The notes beneath the pieces are model-generated. The model saw nothing but the letters and a program-made list of their open reading frames with translations, was not told the origin of the DNA and did no database searches. The translations under genes and the position numbers were made by a program. From positions 13,401,675 to 13,465,674 of the forward strand of contig OZ037768.1 in assembly GCA_964035545.1 (NCBI GenBank): DNA of 64,000 nt, read 5' to 3'. How positions within the stretch are numbered: position 1 is the first letter of the stretch; each line of letters starts with the position of its first letter. The DNA is from Bugula neritina (taxonomy: Eukaryota; Animalia; Bryozoa). Of the stretch, positions 41,601-53,600 are shown piece by piece.

Positions 41601-44600
41601 TACATATTTTATTAGTAAGAGATTATGCAGGTTTGGAATTCCTTAATCAATACAACAGCAGTGGGTTGATGATAGCAGCAGTTGCAGCCTCTGTATGCCA
41701 ATTGTTGATTGACATTACAAGGCAGATCTGTGATGGGTGAACGTTTTGTATGAGTGTTGAATTTGTCTTGCTTATGTCAGAGTAACGTTGGTTATTATTC
41801 TCTTTTTCACAATCCTTCACTTTGATATCTTCAACTGTTCTAGAATATAGTGAATTGTACTCAATTAATTGTAGAAATCATATTCCAAAATCTACTCAAA
41901 ATTAACTAAAGTTTATAATAAAATGCCACGTTTAAATGTCAGCTTTGTTTTTATATTGAATTTTTCAGTTGTTTTCCATGTAGTTTTGTAGATAGAGGGG
42001 ACAATTCCTGTCATTCCTAGTAATGCATGATAATTAAGAAATTACTACCATATAAGTGAATGTAATTATAATGTCACCTATTTCTAATGCAGTCATTGCT
42101 GGAGTTGATTAATGTGGATTCGTTGTAGGCCAAGTTCTTGGGGATTCGAAACCTGGTCGAGTGCGAGTTTTCTAAAAAGTTGCTGGATAGCATGTGCTTT
42201 GCGTCTTTTGTACAATACAGAGGCCTGCCGTTTCGAGTTTGTGATATTTTTGATGAGGTAAGTATTAGTGCTTTTTTTCCCTTTATAAACAAAATGTTCG
42301 GATGAGATAGTGTATAATGCAATATATCCTTAAAATTTATTATGGGAGGTGCATTGTGAATTATACTGTCTTGTCAGTTAACTACTAGTCAACATGTAGC
42401 AATGCTATAGCAGTCAGTTCAGTACACAGTGTAAAACAACATTGTTTTGTTAATTTTAAAAATAGTTTTGTTTTCATTTACTTAAATTAAACAGAATGTG
42501 TAAATATTCTAGGTGTTCACCTCTTTGTCAACTTCGTTCCACGAAGAGCAGGTTGACCCTTCAATGGTGCTGCAACATATAAAAGAGATAGCTGATACCC
42601 TCTACCTGAATGTAAGTGTTGAGGGTTATAACTACTAGGTCAACATAATCTTAAGATTCTAGAAATGCAAGCATTTATCACCTGAAAGTGTAACAGATTA
42701 GGCTAAAAGCAATACCTTTTCAGTACTCAAATACATTACATGGGTAATGTGTTTAAAACTTATATTAAGGTCTTTTTTAATTATCTTTTCATAAAACTAC
42801 TTTCACAAAATAGTTTGTTGTAAAAATTATTGAGGGTTGTCTTCTTTTCCAGATATTTGAATTCGAATACTTGCTGGTGCTAAATATATTTTAATTTGTA
42901 CAACAATCAATAACAATAAGTTGTAATCTTTCATGTAGAAGCATTGCAAAATTAAAACTTCAATATGCGCTTTGGCAAGTTGAATTTTTTTTAACCTAGC
43001 ACAGTGTTTGATGCTTTTGAATTCTGTATGAATAGTAGTTTACTTGTGCCTGCAGTAGGGCTAATTCAAGCGCATTCAATTCTCTTATAGTTGAGCATGA
43101 CTTAGACACAATTTGGGATGTGTCACATAGCTATGCTGAAAGAAATAATATTGTTCTTTTTTTAGGTTTTAAGCATTTTTCTTCACCTTATAAAGAGGAA
43201 ATGTTTTATGGACCTGTTGTTTTAGAACTGAGTACCTAAAATTGAGCTTTAAGTTACTTTTTTGGTTAAAACTACAGTTACTCACCTTATATAAATCAAC
43301 TTAATTTATTAAAGAAGAAATCTAGAATCACTTTTAATGTGTATAAGATAATGTTGTGGCAAAGACATAAAGTTCATGCTATGCAGAACTCGCTTTTGAG
43401 AACATAAGATAATCATAACATTGTAAATGCTTTGAAAGTATGTAATAGCTAACGAATGCAAGAGCACTTCTGTTTGTTTTGCAGGAAAATCCAGCTGCGA
43501 CAATAACTGCGTTGAGTACCCAGCAATATATAGAGAAGATACCGAAACCGACGGCCGGTGCATTCTCCCGTATACATCTCCCCAAGTTCCCAATCATAGA
43601 CTGGTTGCATGTGCAAGAGATAGTGGACAAGGGCCAGAGCAAAAGAGATAGTTGTCAGAAGTTGGTGTTACATTTCTAGCATTTTGAATAAAATCTGGTG
43701 GTTGTTACTCTAGCATACTGCAGTCCATTTTTAGAGTTTCAATCTCTTTTTTCAGTTAGATTTTGATCATTAAACTGAGGATAAATATATTGGGGTCATT
43801 TTACCTAATTTTACACTGGCAAATTAGAGCTAAAATCAAAATTGGTTCAAAATCTATGAAAATATAACACTTGGTAGTGTTTTGCTCAGCTAGATTTTGA
43901 TAAATGTATTTTAATTTAAGTTGTTTGAGTTCATTGATTTTACTTAATAGTTGTATGTAAATGCAGGTTTTACCAAATTACTGATTGGTACTAGTTTATG
44001 TGGTGGGATGTTGTATCTGTTTCAGACATACACAACATTTACGAACTCCAACACCACGGATAGTGCAGATGGGCATGTTATACAATAAGCAGACAAATTT
44101 TTATGCTAATCAAAATAGGAGATTGGAGGTGCTACATAACTGTGTTAAATTTATTTTTGAAAACAAGATATCAGATGCTAGAAAAGTAAGTGCTTCTGAG
44201 TTCCATAGTTTTGAATTAATTTGCTAATATGTATTATTTAAAGTTTCTCATGTTTATTATAATATAGATAAAGGATTGCTTTGCTGGGTTTTTCAATTTT
44301 TATTGATATTAAATATTTGAGCATGCATAAACATGCATGAAAAATTAACACCCAAAAGATTTTTTAACATGCAGGAAAAAATAAATTCAACATGCAGAAA
44401 AAGTTGAACAAATCACAATTTTCAATTACTTTTGGTACATGCAGAGGAACTCTGTACAGTAGTAACTGGTATGAGCACTAGACTGTCACATCTATACACT
44501 GTGTGGGTTTTATCAGTCTAGCGTCGTTTAGAGGAGCTTTTTTTGCCTTTTCGGCTCCTCCTCCTCCTGCGCTTAACTTTTCTTGTGCGCTTGGATCCTC

Positions 44601-47600
44601 TGCGAGATCGTGATTTCCTCGATCTCCTGCGCTTGCTTCTCCTTCGGCTGCTTCTCCTCGATCTCCTTCTGGATCTCCTTCTGCCTTTTCGGCCCCTAAA
44701 TTTAGTGAATATTGTCGTTATTATCCACAGTTTGTTTAGTTTATACGGTGAACATGATGTGTAGTGAATGTAGCGCATTTAGCAATGACCAATGATTAGG
44801 TTCTCACCTTCTGGACCTGCTGCGCTTCTTGCTACCAGATCTCCTTCGTCTGCGTCGCCTGCGTCGGCTCATCTCCTGACTGTCGTCATGCATGGCAACA
44901 CGTTTCCTACTTGGTCCTCTTGCTGCTTTGCTAGGGGACCTTCGTCGGCGAGACATAACTTCAGTGGAGGCTGTGCTCACCATGGCATCTTGAAAAAATT
45001 CAACGATTTATTTAAAAATAGTCATTTTTTAAATAAAAATAAAATTATTAAAATATTTTTTCTTGATTAATTTTAAAAATGAATTTAATTTTACTTACCA
45101 GTCTCCTCCACTCTTGATCGAGATCTTGATTTGGCACCCATGTTGTCAGTTTTAAACTGAAGAACTTGTGGTCTATTCGCCTCCTTTTATACATGACGAT
45201 TTGTCTTTGATTGGCCAAAAAACAATGGCGTTTGTCTATTTTACATCGATTGTCTTTTACTGGTTGATTTTTTAACATTTGTTTTGAGGCTATTGGCTGT
45301 TACTAGTTGTGAAGCCATTTTATATTTTTTCTCAAAAAATACTCAAATAGTTATCACATCACCAATTCCGTTAATTCTCTAAAAGCAGAAAATGGCTTCA
45401 TTGTGTTGAAAAAGAATTTTACATTTTCTAAAAAATAATATTATGTATTTTATAATTTTTTTTCTCTTTTGCATTTTAAAGGTTTTTTTTAAGCATGTAA
45501 TGCTTAAAAAACTTTGGTGAAGAGCTACACTCGCAGTTGATCAAACTAATAACACTGAATAAAATTTCAATTTCAATTATTTTTGTAATATAAAACATTT
45601 TTTGTGCACTTGGTGATAATATTATGTTAAATTGAAGTCAAAGCAACCATTTATAAAAGTTGCCCTTTTACTATTTACAATTTTTCATGAAACATGATAA
45701 TACAAGTTTGCATCTGTAATGCCATATATATATCATTTGGTTGTCTTGCTGGAAAACCCAGAAACACAAGCTGTCCCAATAGTGTAAAAAATTGGAAATT
45801 TGAAAAATTGAGCATTACTTGTTCACAATAATTGTCGTAAAAATTTTTTTTCAAGAATTTAAAAGAAGACAATCTTTAAATTTATTATCTAAATATTTTA
45901 TTTTCTTCAAGACACTATTACATAGCTTTGTTACCTCTGTAGATATATCCCGCTGTTGTTCGTGCTCTCAAGAACAAAACAGCCCGTCATGCTCTCACTG
46001 AAGATTTGAAAAGACACGCAGCCCAAAACAAGTGCAATTTAGATCATCAGCAGTTTCTTATTGTGGTGAAACTGTTTAATTCTCTTCTTCAAAATGAGTC
46101 GCCACTAGATGAGAATGGCATTGCAGCTCAGTTACTTCCACTTGGTGACACGTTCTGTAGGGTGAGTGTCACATGTTTACTCAGCCTCACTAGTAGTTGA
46201 GAAGGGCCGTGTAGTTTATGAGATGTCAGTGCTAGCAGTTTATATCATAGTCCTAGTTACACATTACAGTTCTGATGTTAGCCTGCTCTGTGATATACTT
46301 ATATATAGGCCATGAAACAACTTCACTATTGAGGGGAGGGGTACATTTCATTTCACACTGATGGACAGTTTATTTATAAACCTTGTTTAGTATTATAAGT
46401 GATCATTATTACATGGTTCCCAGTTTAAGTCATGAATAAATTACAGAAACTAACATTTATCATATATGATGATGTTTAACTGTTACTCAAGAAAAGACCC
46501 TGTAAGCTACTGCAGTTGACTGGTGGTTATATCGTGGCTGGGTTGTGTTGTAGCGACTCTCTCCTGGTGTGATACAGTTTGCATACACTTGCATACAAGA
46601 ACATGCTGTGTGGAGTAACCAGCAGTTTTGGGAGGCTACTTTCTATGAGGAAGTCCAGAAGCAGATTAAAAACCTCTACCAGTCCATGTACAAGGAAAAG
46701 AGTGTACAGTCTAGTCAAGTATGGCTCTTCAGTATTTCTGCATGCATGTTGTCAGTCATTTGTTTTTATAAAAAAATTCTTTTTTTATTCACATTATTTA
46801 TTTATTTATTTAGTGTATGATTTGGTAGTTTTTCATTGTGGTGTATAACTCACAGGTTCCTGTGAATTCCAATGGTAGTAATGATCACCGGCACTCAGAT
46901 CTAGCATTCAAGAAAACTGAGTCACTTGTTACAGAAGATGTCAGCTGTTTGGAGATTGCTGCTGAAGAGGTGAATGAAATGTAGTCGTGTTGGTTGTCAG
47001 CTTTAGTAATGATGGTTTAGATTCATTTTTGTTATAATTATTTAGCAGCCATTAGGAGGTAGAGTAGAACAAATAACCTGCTAGCACTACTGCTGCTGCA
47101 ACAAGTATTTATGCTTTGCAAAAAGACATTCTAAAATATGGAACTGTGAAATGGTTTTCAAGTATTATTTGACCATAGATAATTAATTATTTGCGCTCCT
47201 ACAATATAATGGATTTTATAATTAACCTTATTCAGAGTAGATTCTGTGAAGCCAGGCTTTCTAATGGTGTAACTAGTATTTTATGATAAAATGAAGTTGG
47301 TTAATATAAATGTGTTTACAATTGATGACTTCATTGTTACCTAGTATGTCATAAAAGCCTTAGGTCCACAATATGATTAACATGCTGTCAGCTTTACTAT
47401 CACTTCTGATATAAATTTGTTGTTAAAATATTTAGTTGCGGAAAGTCAAGTACACCAAGAAAGAGGAGGTTGGGAGTCTCAGCACTCAGGAGGAAGGAAT
47501 CGTCTACTCACAAGCTTTGCACTTCTGTAACCGTATGGTTTATCTTAAAGTACCACTCGATACAAATCGGGGAATGCCTTTCTTACCTCGTGGAGAGGAG

Positions 47601-50600
47601 AGCTCCAGCAGTCATTTTACTCCCAGGTGAGCAAATCGTTGATTAGTTTTCAACATAGCCATCTCAGTATTTCAGTTGCCAATATATCATTTATATTTAT
47701 TTTGTGCCATTTCATTACCTACCTTTAGTTTTTGAAGTTTGAGATTTGAAGTGATTATATTAGCGTAAATATAGTGCTAGGATTGTATAGCATATATTAT
47801 AGTGTTACTGTTGGATGTTACTAACTTTTATATATTACAGTTCATAATACAAGATTAATGCTGATGTGTTACATTATAGAGCGTGTATTAAGGTGTTGTA
47901 AGCATAAAATAAAGCATGATCATTTCTATATTACAGTATATAGCAGGTAGCACTATTAATTATATATTACTATATAGCAAATAACACTATTATCTATATA
48001 TTACAGTATAGCAGATAACACTATTATTTATATATTACAGTATAGCAGAGAGTGTTAGTATTCATATATTACAGTATAGCAGATAGCGCTATTATCTATA
48101 TATTACAGTATAGCAGAGAGTGTTAGTATTGATGGAGAGTCTGGGTTTGAGGAGGCTGAAGTATCTGAAGTCAGTGTTGGAGTATCCAAGGTTATTACTC
48201 GCTTTATAGAGAAGGTAAGAATGGTATAATTAGACCAATCAATATAGTTTACGTCAGCTGCTATCATTCTGAAGTAAGTACCAAATCAACAGCTATTGTA
48301 TGATTATCTAATAAATTATTTATGTTAAATACAATTAAAGAAGAACCAGTCATTTAATGCACCAGTGTTACCTGGCAATTTCAACTTTTGAAAATCTATA
48401 GAAGTCTGTGATGTTTCTCGCGATTAATTCGAGTTGGTTTTTTTTATCAGGAGCTTCTTCAAGCTCATGATAATAATCCTAAAACTCACCTACCTGAGCA
48501 CCTACTTCATGGTTGTGTTATTTGTACATATGTACTGTAGGTGTGCAGAGAAAGTGGAGTTAGTGAGAGTCACATGAAAGCACTGCACCAGAATGTGCCT
48601 ACATTAGTGTCTATGCATGTGGAGACAATAGACAATGTGTGTAGAGAGAGTAAACGACTCCCACCTATACTAAAGGTAAGTTCATCATAATTATTTGTTA
48701 TAATGCTTTTGTGAAATAAATTTGTTGTGACATCTATTAAGATTTCTCACATGTGAGGTAATATATGATATAATCTGAGACTGTTTAACTATTGATATGA
48801 ATCTTTTTTATGGGTTGTATTGTTATTCTAAAAGTTATTATCTTATAGCCTAAAATCACGGAGCCATGCCTGTTACCGGGTGAGGTGATGGTGATAGACG
48901 GGCTGAGAGCCTACCTTCTCATGGATGGGAGAGACGAGTATCAGTCTATGGAACCCGGGCCTCAGTTCATGCCTGCAGAAGGCGCTCTCTTCTTGACCTC
49001 TTATCGTGTGGTATTTAAAGGGACGCCTTGTGACCAGTATGGTGAGTGTGCTCAGTTTTGTACTATCTTCTTGTTTAATATCTTTGTTTAAATATTGTTC
49101 AGGTAGTATAAATAATAGTTAATTTAAAGAATAAGAAAGGCCAAACTTGATGTCATTAGATGTTGATTGCTTATTTTTCATCTTATAATTTCCATTGATC
49201 TCTTGTTGATGCCTCTATATATCAGAATTAAAAATGCATTTGTTGTAAACATACACTATATTCTGTCAAGTGTTTACCAAAGTACACAGGCAATATACAT
49301 AAACAGTGGTTTTACATCATTAATTGGATTATATTCAACTAATTGCCCAGCTGTGTAACTGGTAGATGTAAAGTTCTTATTTCTGTAACATCACTTGTGA
49401 TTGGTTGCAGCTTGCGAACTAAATGTCATCAGATCTATTCCCGTCTCAGCTATCAACAAGGAGAAGAAAACTAGAAGTGAATATTTTCAGCACTTGGAAA
49501 TGTATCTGCAGCATATAATCCAGATTAGATCACACAACTTTCAGGTAATCCAAATTGAACTATTCTCTATTGATTTAATATTAGTATTACTATTAGCTTA
49601 ATATTATACTGTGTGTTGGTCAGGACTCTGAATATTTCACCAAGTTGTATATGGCGTGGGTTCTAACTAGAGGTGCTTAATGGTGCTGTTTGCTTTAGTT
49701 GATGAAGATAGGATTTGATGAAGAGGTGGGAGAAGAGAATGTGGATCAGTTTAGAAAGTCTCTACTCAAAGCCAGAGCGCCAGCTAGTGTCCTTGAAACA
49801 TTTGCTTTCAGTGGTGCATCACTTATCCCTGTTAGCGTTGATCAGAAGAGAAAAGAAAAGTATCACACATTGCGGTAACTGACTTATATTGTTACACATT
49901 ACAAGTGTATGTATGATTTTTACTTCATATTTACTGGATAGCTCATTTACCATGTAGTTTATCTGGATGGACTGCCTTGGTGGGGTACCTGGGCGGACTA
50001 GCTAGGTGAGCTATCTAGGTGAGCTAACTTGGTGAGCTAACGGGGTGGGCTATCTGGGTGAGCTATGTAGGTGAGCTAACTTGGTGAGCTACCGGGGTGG
50101 GCTATCTGGGTGAGCTATGTAGGTGAGCTACCTGGGTGCTAATTAAAATTGTCTTGCAGAGATTTTGGCAAGACTTTGAAGAAGACAGTTCGAAAGACAG
50201 CTGGTCTGAAACCGTCGAAGCCTTCGGACCGTAAGCCCAGGTTAATGCTGTCAGGGCGGGGTAGCATGAGAGGCATACCACCATCATTAGCAGAGGAGTT
50301 GGATGGCCGTCCTGAGAGTGTGTATGGTGATGAAGATAGCTGGTCAAGTAAGTTCTTTTACCTAGTTTATTAGTTCTGGCAAATCAGAGGTGATTTATGG
50401 TTAGTATAGTTGTAGCGAAGAAATTTCAAAACTTTCCAACAAGCAGATTCAACTTTTGACTGCTGACTTTGGTTTAGGTAAATTGTCAAAGCTGTCCATT
50501 ACATAATAATAACAACATCTAGGAGTAACAGATGCAGTATGTTGTAGCTTACTCCTTTACCATGAACAAATACTGTATCTTGGTATTTTTCATAGTGGCT

Positions 50601-53600
50601 AAACCTTTTGTATTTAGGGGGTAGGCAAACTGTTCGAACTTTACCCGCTTCTTGGCGAACTTTTGTGATAATGCCACGTAAGGGTCAGCATGGTGTGCTG
50701 TCTAATCAGGAAACTACTATACTGGGTTTTGTGCTTACAAGCTGTGCATCTGTCTCCACTATTGTATGCGACTATAGTATGCGTGTGTACTTATCATCAT
50801 GTTTTTAGGATAGTCTTTTAACTTTTCATTTAATTTTGCCAAATTCTCGTTTTGGGTGAGGGCGATAACACATGGACAGTTCTAGGAAATTGGTAGTTTA
50901 CTTGCTGCACGGTATAATTTCTACTAAATCTGTTACGATACACTTTTATAGGAAGAGCTTTTTGGTCTCTTCTTCATCCGGAACATGGTGAATATTTTTT
51001 GCCGTTGAGTTTACAGAGGTTGTGAGATGAGTGGCATGAAATAGCTGAATATTCCAATAGTAGTTTTGGTGTATAAACAAGTTTAGATTTCTCACTTTGT
51101 ATGCCACTGTAGTGCTGTAATCTTTGAGAATTTCTAGCAGATAATACTCTACAGCATACGGTATTTATTATATGGTGAGATGCACTGTACAGTGTGATGT
51201 GTTGTAGAGACCTTTGAGGAAGGTTTGTATAAAAGTGTGAATTTTAGTAGCTGATTTTAGCTTCACTGTAACAGCTACAGAATGTTGATAAATCAGACAT
51301 ATAACCTACCTGCCAATTGTTTTCTAGTTTGGGTTAACTGTTACCTCCCCATTATCTGTTCTAGGGTATTTAGGCTAGCAAATGTTATTTGTGTAGTTAG
51401 TGTCATTTAAAAGGTGCCTGCTAGTTCTATGTTTAGCTTATTATTAGCTCAAGTAATGTAGTTCATATATTTTGGCTTTTCTTATTTTTGTGGGTGAAAT
51501 TCTTTTACTGAATCAAATAACCATGCAGTGCTTTGCACATCTTTGCCTTGTGTGACTACAATTCTGTTTTTCACATTTTCCTAATTTCAAGGTTTGTCTA
51601 TACGTTTTGTGACCTAATCTTGCTTCTTCATCAAACTGTTTTTCTGATTACGATTGACAATGCTGTTTATTTCAATCTGGCGGCACTATTAGTAAATATA
51701 TATATTATTTAAGTTATGAGTCATGAAGACGTACACATGGGCTTCCAAACCGACCCCAAGACCCAGGAGAGACTCTCCGAGCTCTTGTGTTACAGAGATT
51801 TTGTTAGACTCAACCTGATTGGCTCACAGAGGAGTATTGGACAGAGGATCAGATCTGAAAGCTTCTTTATCAGTAATCTCAATTCTAGTTACAAAATGTG
51901 CCACAGGTAAAATTTATTGTTTCAATTCTCAGCGTTAATGTTTGTAATGTTTGTTATGTAGAAATATTTATGCAAGTGTTTGTGTGATTAGAATGAGTTT
52001 GAAATTTCAGTGTTTCTGATTTAGGGCTGATTTTAGCTTAGGCTGTCGGCAAAGTTGCATTATAATGAATTTATTCAGCTGTTCGAGTATGTAGATTTCA
52101 GGTTATTGAACAAAGTTTCAATTTATGTTGTGTTGCCATTTGTAGCTATTTTATTAACTAGTTGGCCAACATTTTTATATGTACTTATAATGCGCTGCAT
52201 AGTGGAATGGCTAGTGCTAAATAGGTATGGCTTAAGCAGGCTTGTACAGGCTACTATGTAAGCACTGATACTGTTAAACTTATTGGTTCCGTACATGTAA
52301 CTGGCTTTGTTAACAGATGTTAAATTGAGCTAAAACGCCATGTTATATTGATGTTTCTTTCTATGTGATACCAGTTACCCCGGTCTGATGATATTTCCTA
52401 CCAACATATCTGACGAAAGTATTATGAGGTTTGGCCGTAGTCACAGGCAGAGTAGATTTCCCGTGATAACATGGCGTCACCCTAGAACCAAGGCTCTGTT
52501 ACTTCGAGCTAGTGCATTTCATAGCAAGTCGATGATGGGCAAGTTCAAGGCGTCTCAAGGTATGTCTACTCTGTAGTAATTAGCTGACACTGTTTGGTTT
52601 AGTTGATAGGCAATTTTCCTGCAGCTTACAGTTCATTGGCTGTAACATACTGTGATACGTTTTAGGATCTGCGAATAACCGAGAATCTACCGGCAGTCTG
52701 TCCACATCCTATGAGATGGAGAAATACTTGACAGTGTTGTCTTCTCTAACACCTTCTGGTAATACTAAACATGGTGGTGCAGATACAACGGGTATGTCCA
52801 ACACCATGTCTATGACACTCACCCCTTCTTCATCATATGACACCTCAACTAGGGGGTCTCCATCTCGCGCAAACACCTCGGGAATTCTTGGTGGTATGTT
52901 TGATAAACGATCATCTCGGTTAGTAGGTCGTGGTGCAGCGGCTGACCATAACAAAGGGATGACACACTTCACTATGACTCATAGCTCTGGGCTAATGTTC
53001 TCTGCCAAGAGTCCAAGAGGTAACTAACGCCTCGCATTTCACTGCTGTTTTAGCTAATAGCTTCAAGGAATACTAACCTGCGTATGCTATGCATTCTCAC
53101 CAATGTGGTGGTCTGTGCATGTAATCCCAAGGCGCTGCTCTCTAGTATAACAAGTGGCTGATTGGTTTACAGTGATTATTTACAAAGCATGAATTGGTGA
53201 AGGTCTTTCTATAAAATAATAGTTTTAATTAATCTTCTTGTAAACGGCTAATCGTGAATCTTTGCTTGATTATGCATGGCTGAAAATTTAGTGCAGAAAA
53301 TTATGGCTCAGAGCAAACATACGTTTTCTTCTAATCCTCCACATAACTGGCTGAAAGTAGTGTCATTTCATCTTCCCGCCAACCAGCTAATACTCTTACT
53401 TACTCTGTAGGACTCTCTGTATGGTGTTGGACATACTCTTTATTGTATTCCTTTGACTCCTGTTCAATAGATCTTTGTAGAATACTAACATAACTGACAT
53501 TTTTTATATTCAAGTGCATAAAGTATTTTTTATAATAGTATTTATACTTGTATTTTGATTAAATTTCATTACAATATGAAACCATTTAGCAATGCTGCAG

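Noticed and set aside
44543-45070. Plus-strand Leu/Arg/Asp-rich ORFs as extra SBF exons
   Set aside because: Antisense shadows of the protamine-like gene; SBF splices in frame from 44185 to 45943 without them.
50590-51090. CpG-richer intronic segment as a transposon or extra exon
   Set aside because: No TIRs, TSD or recognisable motif found by eye; the SBF frame is continuous from 50347 to 51714.
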